Source: a virus
Lineage: Duplodnaviria > Caudoviricetes
Virus record (IMG/VR): IMGVR_UViG_3300017913_001692
Span: 1 to 52,024 of that record
Length of the DNA: 52,024 bases
Direction: 5' to 3' (one strand)
Every line of letters begins with the position of its first letter. Within the stretch, counting starts at the first letter, position 1. The position numbers and the translations under genes are program-made. Below are positions 10,845-20,405 of this stretch, one piece after another. The notes beneath the pieces were generated by a model that worked only from the letters and a program-made list of their open reading frames with translations, did not search any database and was not told the DNA's origin.

Positions 10845-11605
10845 GCAAAACAGTAACTATTGTAACTACATTCAGCGATAAAAACTTTGAAGATTATGCA
10901 AAGCATTGCGTAACAAGTTTACAAAGATATGCTGAAAAAGACATAAAAGTAAAAGTGTATACTGACACACCTTACCTGTGGTTACAAGGAGATAACTGGG
11001 AAAATCTTATCTTAGAAACCCAAGTTCCTGAATTACGTGCATTTAAAAAACGTAATGGTGGAAGACCTGTACCTCCTGGATCAAAAGGATTTACAAAAGA
11101 CGGCGTAAGGTTTTCACACAAGAGTTATGCATGGTGCCATGCAGGTTTAAACTGTGATACTGATGTATTGATGTGGCTAGATGCAGACTCAGAAATTATT
11201 GATACTCTCACCTCTAACTATCTTACAAAATTTGTTAGAGACGGATATGTATCAAGCTACCTAGGAAGAAAAGGCAGATTTACTGAGACAGGTTACTTAG
11301 GTTGGAATATGAATCATCCTGATACTAAACGTATGTTTTTACGTATGAAACAGTACTATGATGAAGACCTATTATACAAGATGCGTTGGCAAACTGATTG
11401 TCATGTTTATGATGCAGTCAGAGAAGAATTTGAAGGTGATGGTGCTAGATTTTTAAATCTGACACCTGATCTTACATCAGGACATTTCAACGAAACATTT
11501 GTTGGATATATTACACACTACAAGGGTAATGATAAAAACGAAAGAAAAAGACACTTTCGCGAAGCCATGCGTAGAAAAAGAGAACAAGTAAGGAGCAAAA
11601 AATGA
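10841..11605 (+). CDS. GT-A glycosyltransferase (similar to 5857..6702)
   Basis: VTTF, RFSHK, WLDAD, ETG, THYKG. Confidence 0.75.
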   Translation: MSKTVTIVTTFSDKNFEDYAKHCVTSLQRYAEKDIKVKVYTDTPYLWLQGDNWENLILETQVPELRAFKKRNGGRPVPPGSKGFTKDGVRFSHKSYAWCHAGLNCDTDVLMWLDADSEIIDTLTSNYLTKFVRDGYVSSYLGRKGRFTETGYLGWNMNHPDTKRMFLRMKQYYDEDLLYKMRWQTDCHVYDAVREEFEGDGARFLNLTPDLTSGHFNETFVGYITHYKGNDKNERKRHFREAMRRKREQVRSKK

Positions 11606-11952
11606 AAGCTGGTAAGATTTGGGGTCAAACAGAGTTGATCCATGCAAACGGAGTTTTAGAATTCCACCGCATTGAATACAAAGCGGGATACAAATGTTCA
11701 GAACATGAACATAAATTTAAATGGAACGGGTTCTTTGTTGAATCGGGCAAGATGATTGTCCGTGTTTGGCAAGATGAAGATCAAGAAGGTTTAGTAGATG
11801 AAACTATTCTTGAAGCAGGTGACTTCACGCAAGTGAAGCCAGGAAAGGTCCATCAATTTGAAGGTTTAGAAGACGGTGTCGCTTTTGAACTGTATTGGGC
11901 CGAGTTTAACCACAACGACATTGTTCGTCGTACAGTCGGCACCAAAACATAA
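11602..11952 (+). CDS. cupin-domain protein
   Basis: CSEHEHKFK.NGFFVESG and VKPGKVHQF cupin motifs. Confidence 0.8.
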   Translation: MKAGKIWGQTELIHANGVLEFHRIEYKAGYKCSEHEHKFKWNGFFVESGKMIVRVWQDEDQEGLVDETILEAGDFTQVKPGKVHQFEGLEDGVAFELYWAEFNHNDIVRRTVGTKT

Positions 11953-11967
11953 ACGGAGAGAGTTAAT

Positions 11968-13263
11968 ATGTTAGAAAAACTTTTCGGCTTATCTAAAGCC
12001 GGTACATCCGTGAAGACAGAAGTAATGGCAGGTATTGCTACATTCCTTACAATGGCTTACATTACTGTTGTCAATCCAGCTATCCTTTCAACTGAAGGAA
12101 CAGGTATGGGATTTGGCGCTGTGTTCACGGCAACAATCATTGCCGCAGTGATCGGTACGCTGATCATGGGCTTATGGGCTAACTGGCCTGTAGCACTTGC
12201 GCCAGGTATGGGACTTAATGCGTTCTTTACTTTTGGTGTTATCTTTGGTATGGGATATACCTTCCAACAAGCCTTAGCGGCTGTATTTGTAGCGGGTCTT
12301 GTGTTCATAGCGTTAAGCGTAACACCAGCTCGTAAATATATTATTAACAGTATTCCTAAGTCAATGAAACTTGGTGTAGGTGCAGGCATAGGCTTGTTCC
12401 TTGCTATTATTGGACTTAAGAATGCAGGCGTAGTTGTTGATAATCCAGCAACACTAGTTGGATTAGGTGATGTAGCAAGTTGGCCTGTACTATTAACAGG
12501 ACTTGGATTTGTTATCATGGCTATGCTAGACAAAAGAAAAGTACCAGGTGCAATTATCATTGGTATTCTTGCAGTAAGTATTATTGCTTGGATTTTTGGT
12601 ATTGCCGATCTAAACGGATTTGCAGGTGCTATTCCTAGTCCAGAACATGCCTTTAGCTTAGACTTTAGCATGATTGCAACAGCAGGGTTTATTGGTACTG
12701 CATTTGCTTTTCTATTTGTTGACTTCTTTGATACTGCTGGTACACTTACAAGTGTTGCTAATTTGACAGGCAAAGTAGACAAGAAAACAGGAGAAGTAGC
12801 AGGTATTGATAGAGCTCTACTAGCAGACTCCGTAGCAACTTCGGCAGGAGCCTTAGTAGGTACTTCAAATACTACTTCTTATATTGAAAGCGGTGCAGGA
12901 ATTAAAGAAGGTGGAAAAACTGGTTTGACAGCAGTAGTAGTTGCTATTCTGTTTGGTGCATGTCTATTCTTTGCTCCTTTGGCACAGAGCATTCCAGCTT
13001 TTGCTACAGCACCAGCCTTAATCTTTATTGCTACATATTTCTTACGCAACATTGCAGACATTGACTGGGATGATGTAACTGAATATGCACCAGCAGTATT
13101 GGCGGCTGTGCTTATGCCGTTGACTTTTAGTATCGCACACGGTATTGCTTTAGGCTTTATTGCTTACGCAGTGATAAAAGCTCTAAGTGGTAAGTTTGAT
13201 GAACTTAACGCAGGTAGCATTGCTATCGCGGCAGTAAGTGTTGTATACTTTGTAGCTGTCTAA
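11968..13263 (+). CDS. NCS2/AzgA-family nucleobase permease
   Basis: TFLTMAYI.VNP, APGMGLNAFF, DFFDTAGT, TSYIESGAG, GGKTGL; many TM helices. Confidence 0.92.
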   Translation: MLEKLFGLSKAGTSVKTEVMAGIATFLTMAYITVVNPAILSTEGTGMGFGAVFTATIIAAVIGTLIMGLWANWPVALAPGMGLNAFFTFGVIFGMGYTFQQALAAVFVAGLVFIALSVTPARKYIINSIPKSMKLGVGAGIGLFLAIIGLKNAGVVVDNPATLVGLGDVASWPVLLTGLGFVIMAMLDKRKVPGAIIIGILAVSIIAWIFGIADLNGFAGAIPSPEHAFSLDFSMIATAGFIGTAFAFLFVDFFDTAGTLTSVANLTGKVDKKTGEVAGIDRALLADSVATSAGALVGTSNTTSYIESGAGIKEGGKTGLTAVVVAILFGACLFFAPLAQSIPAFATAPALIFIATYFLRNIADIDWDDVTEYAPAVLAAVLMPLTFSIAHGIALGFIAYAVIKALSGKFDELNAGSIAIAAVSVVYFVAV

Positions 13264-13806
13264 ATGAAATTGGTTTCCGAGTCATATAAGAAGCTGTTAG
13301 AAGATTTACATTTATCTTCTAGAAAAGGATTTGGCGGCAAAGTTAAACCCTTAAAACAACTAGCAGAATATTTGGAACAATGGAAACCAAAAACATTTTT
13401 GGATTATGGATGCGGCAAGGGCGCAATGCTCGAATCTATTGCCGCATCCTATCCTAATATGAAATGCACAGGATATGATCCGGGTTGGGGCAAGTACAGA
13501 AGAATGCCAGAGGGCAAGTTTGAATGTGTTATGTGTGTGGATGTGTTAGAGCACGTAGAACCAAAATTTTTAGATAATGTTCTTAAACACATTAACCAAC
13601 TTTCCACAAAATATATTTGGATATGTGTAGATACTATACCTGCAAAGAAAAAACTTGCAGATGGAAGGAATGCACATTTGATAATAAAACATAATTGGTG
13701 GTGGAAAGAAAAATTACAAGCACTTGATGGTGAATTTATATTTGAACATTTCACAGAAATAAAAGGAAAATATTATGTCGCAATCGACAAAACTTCAACC
13801 AGGTGA
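13264..13806 (+). CDS. class I SAM-dependent methyltransferase (similar to 1915..2490)
   Basis: LDYGCGKG, DVLEHVEP, DGRNAH. Confidence 0.85.
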   Translation: MKLVSESYKKLLEDLHLSSRKGFGGKVKPLKQLAEYLEQWKPKTFLDYGCGKGAMLESIAASYPNMKCTGYDPGWGKYRRMPEGKFECVMCVDVLEHVEPKFLDNVLKHINQLSTKYIWICVDTIPAKKKLADGRNAHLIIKHNWWWKEKLQALDGEFIFEHFTEIKGKYYVAIDKTSTR

Positions 13807-14041
13807 AAAATTAATATATGAAAGAAATGACGGTGTTGTATATGCACGTTATGCTGATAAGCCAGAAGTTAAAAGATGGATAGTAGGTGGTGATCCAGCA
13901 GGAGTAGCAAGAGCACAAGGCAAATTATTAGATTATGCAGAGTGGCAAAAGTTGTGCGAACTTGCACAAACAAATGAAACATTAAAAAAACAACTAAGAA
14001 ACTTAGTAAACACATACTATATGGTAAAGGAAAAACAATGA
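13775..14041 (+). CDS. hypothetical protein
   Basis: AGGA RBS; fills the operon gap. Confidence 0.7.
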   Translation: MSQSTKLQPGEKLIYERNDGVVYARYADKPEVKRWIVGGDPAGVARAQGKLLDYAEWQKLCELAQTNETLKKQLRNLVNTYYMVKEKQ

Positions 14042-14811
14042 GAATCATAGCAGGCCCATGCCAACATGAATCACTTACACAGAGTTTAGAGATAGCACAA
14101 GAATGTAAACGTGTATGCGATAACCTTGGCATTGATTATATATTTAAAGCTAGTTTTGATAAAGCAAATAGAACAAGTATGAAAGGCCAAAGAGGCAAAG
14201 GACTTGATATAACACTAGAAGCGTTTAGAACAATGAAGTTGCAAATTAATGATTTGCAAACCCTAACAGATGTACATGACACTAAACAAGTAGAAACAAT
14301 CAAAGAGAACTATAATGATGCTGTAGATGTATTACAGATTCCTGCTTTCTTATGCAGACAAACTGATTTGATTAGAGCTTGTGCAGACACTGATAAAATT
14401 TTAAATATCAAAAAAGGCCAATTCCTTGCACCTTGGGACATTGGCGGAATATTATCAAAAACAGAAGGTGCAAAAAGAGTATGGATTACAGAAAGGGGAA
14501 CTAGCTTTGGATACAACACTTTGGTCGTGGACTTCACAGGAATGGCTTATATTATGGATAACTACGGCCCCGATCTTATTTTTGATGTTACACACAGCGT
14601 ACAAAAACCTGGAGGCATGGGTAACTCGTCAGGTGGAAACAGATCTTACGTTCCAGGGCTGGCGAGAGCGGGAGCAGCGTTGGGCATCAGAAGTTTCTTC
14701 ATCGAAGTCCACGCGGACCCAGAAGTAGCACCTAGCGATGGACCTAACATGTTAAAATTAGATGACTTTGAAAAAGTTGCAACAGATATTGCCAAACATG
14801 GAAATATGTAA
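14038..14811 (+). CDS. kdsA: KDO-8-phosphate synthase
   Basis: IAGPC, FKASFDKANRTS, QIPAFLCRQTDL, KKGQF, ERGTSFGY, DVTHSVQ, SDGPN. Confidence 0.95.
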   Translation: MRIIAGPCQHESLTQSLEIAQECKRVCDNLGIDYIFKASFDKANRTSMKGQRGKGLDITLEAFRTMKLQINDLQTLTDVHDTKQVETIKENYNDAVDVLQIPAFLCRQTDLIRACADTDKILNIKKGQFLAPWDIGGILSKTEGAKRVWITERGTSFGYNTLVVDFTGMAYIMDNYGPDLIFDVTHSVQKPGGMGNSSGGNRSYVPGLARAGAALGIRSFFIEVHADPEVAPSDGPNMLKLDDFEKVATDIAKHGNM

Positions 14812-15980
14812 TGTACAGTTTAGCACACGACACATGGGACGAAAAAGAAGTTAATGCACTTCAGCGTGTGATTGCAAGTGGCCGATATACTATGGGTCCT
14901 GAGGTTGCAAAGTTTGAACAACAGTTTGCAGAATATGTTGGTAGCAAACACGCTGTAATGACTAACAGCGGTAGTAGTGCAAATCTTATAGCACTTACTA
15001 GTATTGTGCAAAATCCAAATTATAATCTAAATGCAGGAGACGAAGTTATTGTTCCAGCAGTAAGTTGGAGTACAACATTTTTTCCTGTGCATCAAAATGG
15101 ACTTGTGTTAAAATTTGTAGATGTAGATAGAGACAGTTTAAACATCGATGTCTCTTTGGTAGAACAAGCAATCACAGAAAAAACAAAAGCAATCTTTGCT
15201 GTAAACTTGTTAGGTAACAGTTGCGAACTAGCAGAACTTAATAGGATTTGTGTAGAGCATGGCCTAGTGCTAATAGAAGATAACTGCGAAAGTTTTGGTG
15301 CAAAATACAATGAAAGATTTTGTGCAACATGGGGAACAGCAGGAACATTTAGTTTCTTTTTTAGCCATCACTTACAAACTATGGAAGGTGGTATGATTGT
15401 TACTGATGATTCAGATCTTGCAGATTATATGCGTAGTTTAAGAGCGCACGGATGGGTAAGAGACATAGGAGATTTTAGTCAATTGTATTCTAAAACTGGA
15501 GATCCTTTTGAAGATAGTTTTAGATTTGTGCTTCCAGGTTACTGTGTGCGACCTTTAGAAATGAGTGGTGCTGTAGGTCAAGTACAATTACAGAAAGCAG
15601 ATGAAATGCTGTTACAACGTAAACAGAACAGTAAAGTATATCATGCATTGTTTGATTTTGTAGACTATGCACTAACACAACTTCCAACTGAAAAAAGTAC
15701 ACACAGTTATTTCGGTTTCAGTTTTATTTTGACAGGCAGATTTAAAGATCGACGAAATGAAATTATTCAATTGTTTAGAGATAATGACATTGAATGTCGT
15801 CCTATTGTTGCAGGAAACTTTATGCGTAATCCTGTTATTGAAAGACTAAATTATAGTACGTTTGGCACATACGATGTTGCAAATGAAATACATGACCAAG
15901 GATTTTTCTTAGGTAATGACAACAGAGATTTGAATAACAATTTGCACAAAGTAAAAGAATTATTGGAGACACTACAATGA
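14811..15980 (+). CDS. DegT/DnrJ PLP enzyme, ColD-like GDP-4-keto-6-deoxymannose 3-dehydratase
   Basis: NSGSSANL, PAVSWSTT, EDNCES, FSFFFSHHLQTMEGG (His at the usual PLP-Lys position). Confidence 0.8.
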   Translation: MYSLAHDTWDEKEVNALQRVIASGRYTMGPEVAKFEQQFAEYVGSKHAVMTNSGSSANLIALTSIVQNPNYNLNAGDEVIVPAVSWSTTFFPVHQNGLVLKFVDVDRDSLNIDVSLVEQAITEKTKAIFAVNLLGNSCELAELNRICVEHGLVLIEDNCESFGAKYNERFCATWGTAGTFSFFFSHHLQTMEGGMIVTDDSDLADYMRSLRAHGWVRDIGDFSQLYSKTGDPFEDSFRFVLPGYCVRPLEMSGAVGQVQLQKADEMLLQRKQNSKVYHALFDFVDYALTQLPTEKSTHSYFGFSFILTGRFKDRRNEIIQLFRDNDIECRPIVAGNFMRNPVIERLNYSTFGTYDVANEIHDQGFFLGNDNRDLNNNLHKVKELLETLQ

Positions 15981-16948
15981 AAACAGCTATAATCACAGGT
16001 ATACCCGGACAAGATGCATGTTACCTTGCTGACTTTTTATTGAATAAAGGTTATATAGTAATAGGTGTAATGAAAAGATACACAGCACCTAATTGGACTA
16101 ACCTAGATTATTTTGATTTACGCCAGCGTGGCTTAGTTATAGAAACTGGAGATGTAACAGACATAGGAAGTATGTTTGATATTGTAGACAAGTATCAGCC
16201 AGATGAATTTTATAACTTAGCCGCACAGAGTTATGTAGGCGGCAGTTGGCGCCTTACACATGTAACTACAGATGTGGATGCAATAGGTCCATTAAATTGT
16301 TTACAAGCAATTCGCAGAATGAAGCCTAGTTGTAAATTTTATCAAGCAGGCACAAGTGAAATGTTTGGTAATAGCAATGACGATGGTTGGCAAAGTGAAA
16401 CAACTAATATGTTGCCACGTTCTCCTTATGGCGTTGCAAAGTTGTACGGCTTTCATATCACACGTAATATGCGCGAAAGTTACAATATGTTTGCATGTAG
16501 CGGAATATTATTCAACCATGAATCGCCTATCCGTGGTATTGAATTTGTGACAAGAAAAATTACAAACGCTGTTGCGAATATACGAAAAGATGATAATCAC
16601 AGATTGAATCTTGGTAACTTAGAAGCAAAAAGAGATTGGGGCTTTGCAGGAGATTATGTAGAAGCAATGTGGATGATGTTACAAACTGATACACCAAAAG
16701 ATTATGTTTGTGCAACAGGCGAAACACACAGCGTTGCCGATGTATGTAGATTAGCTTTTGCTCATGCAGGTATTACGGATTGGCAAAAATATGTTACAAT
16801 AGATAAAGAATTAATCCGTCCTGCAGAACTAAATTATTTGAGAGGCGATGCGCATGAACTTCGCAAAGATTTAAACTGGTCACCGAAAACTTCTTTCAAA
16901 CAGTTAATTACTAACATGGTTGATGAAGATATCAGAAGGCTCAAATGA
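15977..16948 (+). CDS. gmd: GDP-mannose 4,6-dehydratase
   Basis: ITGIPGQD, NLAAQS, YQAGTSEMFG, PRSPYGVAK, FNHESP, FVTRKIT, RDWG. Confidence 0.93.
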   Translation: MKTAIITGIPGQDACYLADFLLNKGYIVIGVMKRYTAPNWTNLDYFDLRQRGLVIETGDVTDIGSMFDIVDKYQPDEFYNLAAQSYVGGSWRLTHVTTDVDAIGPLNCLQAIRRMKPSCKFYQAGTSEMFGNSNDDGWQSETTNMLPRSPYGVAKLYGFHITRNMRESYNMFACSGILFNHESPIRGIEFVTRKITNAVANIRKDDNHRLNLGNLEAKRDWGFAGDYVEAMWMMLQTDTPKDYVCATGETHSVADVCRLAFAHAGITDWQKYVTIDKELIRPAELNYLRGDAHELRKDLNWSPKTSFKQLITNMVDEDIRRLK

Positions 16949-17490
16949 TGAATGTATTTGTTACAGGACATACAAGCGGATTAGGTAAAGCAATATTTGA
17001 TACTTGTAAGAGTTATGAATATCTTACAAACGGACTTAGTAGAAGCAACGGTTATGATTTGAACGGAGATTTGAATGATTTTTTGTTGCAAGATAATTGG
17101 GATGTCTTTGTAAACAATGCTTATGCAGGCTGGCGGCAAGTAGACTTACTTTACAAGTTATTTGAGCAAAATAAGAAACGCCCTTGCACAATAATAAACA
17201 TAGGCAGTGTCAGTGCTGACGGTAACTATGATGTAGTAAATCCTTACGCAGTACACAAAGCCGCATTAGACAAAGCATGTATGCAACTACAACTAATAGA
17301 CAGTGAATGTAAGGTTGTACAAATTAAATTAGGACGTATGGACACACCTTTAGTTGCGCATAAGCAAGCACGAAAAATGGATACATTGCAGATTGCAAAG
17401 TATATTATAAATCATGTCATGCTTGCACCAAAAGACATGCTTATGAAAAATATTACAATAGATGTTATGCACAGTAGGAGACCATTATGA
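16945..17490 (+). CDS. short-chain dehydrogenase/reductase
   Basis: TGHTSGLG, NNAY, NIGS, YAVHK (YxxxK). Confidence 0.8.
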   Translation: MMNVFVTGHTSGLGKAIFDTCKSYEYLTNGLSRSNGYDLNGDLNDFLLQDNWDVFVNNAYAGWRQVDLLYKLFEQNKKRPCTIINIGSVSADGNYDVVNPYAVHKAALDKACMQLQLIDSECKVVQIKLGRMDTPLVAHKQARKMDTLQIAKYIINHVMLAPKDMLMKNITIDVMHSRRPL

Positions 17491-18158
17491 GTGTAGCAAT
17501 TTTAATACCAGCTCGTTGGGGCAGTACAAGATTTCCAGGAAAGCCATTAGCTAAACTTAACGGTGTACCGTTAATTAAGCGTGTATATAATATTTGTAAA
17601 AGCACAGGTATAGACACATATGTTTTAACTGACAATCAAGAGATTTATAATGTTATTGGTCCTGACTGTATATTAGATTATGATCCTTATGATAACGGTA
17701 CAGAAAGATGTAAAGGCGCACATATGAAGCGTTATGTAAATTATGAGCATTATGTAAACGTGCAAGGAGATATGGCTGACGTCACTCCAGAAATAATAGT
17801 AGCGGCTATAAATGCACTTGATGGATTTGAAGTAGCAAGTGTATATACAGAAATGCCTAAAGAAAAACAAAACGATCCTAACACTGTAAAACTTGTACGT
17901 GCAGACAACAAAGCACTTTGGTTTGGTAGAGGAATGACGGGCTATGGTGAATGGCATCTTGGAATATATGCATATTCGAGCAATGCTCTTGAACAATACC
18001 CACTAGTAATGAGCCAAGAAGAAGTGGTTGAAAAACTTGAGCAAATAAGATGGCTAAAAAATGGTTGGCAAATGGGCTGTAAGAGTGTACAATATACAGG
18101 TACAGAGATTAATACACCTGAGGATTTAGAAGAATGGCACAGCAAAAACTCCCAATAA
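17487..18158 (+). CDS. kdsB: CMP-KDO synthetase
   Basis: IPARWGSTRFPGKPLA, GTERC, NVQGD, HLGIYAY, EKLEQIRW, INTPED. Confidence 0.92.
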   Translation: MSVAILIPARWGSTRFPGKPLAKLNGVPLIKRVYNICKSTGIDTYVLTDNQEIYNVIGPDCILDYDPYDNGTERCKGAHMKRYVNYEHYVNVQGDMADVTPEIIVAAINALDGFEVASVYTEMPKEKQNDPNTVKLVRADNKALWFGRGMTGYGEWHLGIYAYSSNALEQYPLVMSQEEVVEKLEQIRWLKNGWQMGCKSVQYTGTEINTPEDLEEWHSKNSQ

Positions 18159-18586
18159 AAGACATACTAGCAGCCATTGATATGGGTGCAAAGTCTGTGT
18201 GGGACGAGCTTGATACAGAAGAACGCAAACAAGTAGGCTTTTGGTTACTTAACAGATATGTAAGTTCTGTCAAAGGCAGTAGAGATGATCAAGAACTTGC
18301 AGTGTTTAAGACAAACGAATACTATAATAAAAACTATATGGAAGTAAGCAAACATCAAAAATTACAATGGCAATTATTATGTATGAGTGGAAACACACAA
18401 CGTATAGAATATCATCCTTGGATAGGATTCAAAAAGAAAACACAAGACAACAATAAACTTGTAAAAGTAATTGAACAAATTTATCCTAATATGAAAAGTG
18501 ACGAGGCAGAATTACTTGCTAGAATATCTACAAAAAAAGAAATCAAACAACTTGCAGAAGAACACAACATTGAAACAAAACTCTGA
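18134..18586 (+). CDS. putative clamp-loader small subunit (gp62-like)
   Basis: FWLLNRYVS..N..KLQWQLL..HPWI pattern resembles T4-type gp62. Confidence 0.55.
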   Translation: MAQQKLPIKDILAAIDMGAKSVWDELDTEERKQVGFWLLNRYVSSVKGSRDDQELAVFKTNEYYNKNYMEVSKHQKLQWQLLCMSGNTQRIEYHPWIGFKKKTQDNNKLVKVIEQIYPNMKSDEAELLARISTKKEIKQLAEEHNIETKL

Positions 18587-19265
18587 CAAACCATACAAGT
18601 GTGAATACTGCGGAAGCAGTTTTGTAAGAGAAAAAACTCTTGCGGCGCATATGTGTGAGAAGAAACGTAGACACTTACAAAAGGATGAAAAGCGTGTGCG
18701 TTATGGAATGTATGCGTTCAACAGATTTTATAAATTAAGTGCAGGTGCAAAGAAAGAAAAAACATATGAAGACTTTTGTAACTCGCAGTACTACAATGCT
18801 TTCGTCAAGTTTGGTTCGTTTATCAATAATGTGCGCCCTTTATATCCTGAGCGTTATATTGATTATGTCGTAACAAGCGGAGTAAAACTTGACCATTGGT
18901 GTAGAGACGAACTGTATGAAAAATACGCACTTGAGTTTATACTAAAAGAAGATGTTACAACTGCACTTGAACGCAGTGTACAAACTATGATGGACTGGGC
19001 AAGTGAAAATGAACCAGCGGCTTGGAATCATTATTTTAATTATATAAGTTTGAACAAAGCAGTTTGGGATATTAAAGATGGTAAGATAAGTCCATGGTTA
19101 TTGTTAAATTGTGCAAGCGGCAAAACTATGCTAAGTAAATTTAATGATGAGCAACTTGAGATGGTGTATCATGTCATTAATCCTGAGCATTGGGCAATGC
19201 GCTTTCGCAAACTACAAAAAGATGTAGAGCTTGCAAAGCAGGTTGCAAAGGAAAGTAATCTATGA
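18498..19265 (+). CDS. hypothetical protein with N-terminal C2HC/C2H2 zinc finger
   Basis: YKCEYCGSSF..EKTL..HMC; true start may be TTG near 18570. Confidence 0.7.
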   Translation: MTRQNYLLEYLQKKKSNNLQKNTTLKQNSDKPYKCEYCGSSFVREKTLAAHMCEKKRRHLQKDEKRVRYGMYAFNRFYKLSAGAKKEKTYEDFCNSQYYNAFVKFGSFINNVRPLYPERYIDYVVTSGVKLDHWCRDELYEKYALEFILKEDVTTALERSVQTMMDWASENEPAAWNHYFNYISLNKAVWDIKDGKISPWLLLNCASGKTMLSKFNDEQLEMVYHVINPEHWAMRFRKLQKDVELAKQVAKESNL

Positions 19266-19453
19266 AAATGTTTAGAAAACTAAAAGACGGTACTGAAGTA
19301 AAACAGTATCCAAATAATATTGTCTTGCAAATTGTTACTAAGTGTCCGGGTAAGTACAAATTAGTTGATATGGAAACAGGACAAGAATACATTGGACAAA
19401 ATCCAGGTATGGGTGAAAAAGTTATGCACTGGAAGAAAGTAAAAGATGCCTGA
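19262..19453 (+). CDS. hypothetical protein
   Basis: Overlapping start and stop with both neighbours. Confidence 0.65.
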   Translation: MKMFRKLKDGTEVKQYPNNIVLQIVTKCPGKYKLVDMETGQEYIGQNPGMGEKVMHWKKVKDA

Positions 19454-20021
19454 TATTGATATAGACTTTGCTGACAGAACGGTATTGTTAGAGAAACTAA
19501 AACATCGTGTGGCAAAGTTACCTACTGGAAAGAAACACAATACTGGCGTGTATGCTACAGAAATACCACACAACCCAGTAGATAAATTATCTACAATCGA
19601 TTACGAAAGAGCAGAAGATAGAGGATACTTTAAATTAGATTTTCTAAATGTGTCTATATACAAAGATGTAAAAGATGAGACACATTTAATGAGCCTAATG
19701 AGAAAGGAGCCATTATGGGAACTATTGGAGCAAAAGGACTTCGTCGATCTAGTCTTTCATCTAAGCGGACACAGCAGTCTATTAAAACAATTGAAGCCTA
19801 CCTCGGTCAGTCAATTGGCGGCAGCACTAGCGATAATACGTCCAGCAAAGAGGCATCTAGCAAATCAAGATTGGCCAACGATAATGAAAGAAGTCTGGAC
19901 AAAACCACAAAACGGTGAATACTATTTTAAGAAAGCACACGCTATGAGCTATGCAATGGCGTGTGTTGTACACATGAATCTTATTTGTGAAAAGGCATCT
20001 GCACAATCGGCAGGTAGTTAA
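19446..20021 (+). CDS. very short DnaE (Pol III alpha)-like protein
   Basis: MPDIDIDF, HNTGVY, GYFKLDFL, ALAIIRP, YYFKKAHAMSYA. Confidence 0.8.
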   Translation: MPDIDIDFADRTVLLEKLKHRVAKLPTGKKHNTGVYATEIPHNPVDKLSTIDYERAEDRGYFKLDFLNVSIYKDVKDETHLMSLMRKEPLWELLEQKDFVDLVFHLSGHSSLLKQLKPTSVSQLAAALAIIRPAKRHLANQDWPTIMKEVWTKPQNGEYYFKKAHAMSYAMACVVHMNLICEKASAQSAGS

Positions 20022-20386
20022 GTAGGCTTACGCAACAGCTGAACGCTTTTACGTTTTACTCTCTTTACAGTTAAATTATGTATGTTAGTTACAGGCCCTA
20101 TTGTAACTTTAACATCTTTACTATTCATTGTCATCAAGCAATGATTAAGTTGTCTCATATCATCTCGCAAGAATATATTGATAGGTATCATTCTATTTGA
20201 TTCCCACCACCATACGCTTCCTAGATCTAATAAGCGTTGTTTTTCTTTCTCAGTCTTCAATGAGTTATACACAAACATTGTAGTCACATATTGATCTTGA
20301 TTGGCAATGATCCCTACGTATTCATTGCCGCCATACGTCACCACGCTTATATATGGAAAATTTTGTTCTATATCTTTTGTTAACAT
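20018..20386 (-). CDS. hypothetical protein
   Basis: Likely start MLTKD at 20386, downstream of a - strand TAAATA motif. Confidence 0.7.
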   Translation of the reverse strand: MLTKDIEQNFPYISVVTYGGNEYVGIIANQDQYVTTMFVYNSLKTEKEKQRLLDLGSVWWWESNRMIPINIFLRDDMRQLNHCLMTMNSKDVKVTIGPVTNIHNLTVKRVKRKSVQLLRKPT

Positions 20387-20405
20387 TAATCCGATAAATA
20401 TTAGT

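Noticed and set aside
12057-12782. 241 aa antisense ORF and similar antisense ORFs in the track
   Set aside because: Shadows of well-supported genes on the opposite strand, without RBS or recognisable motifs
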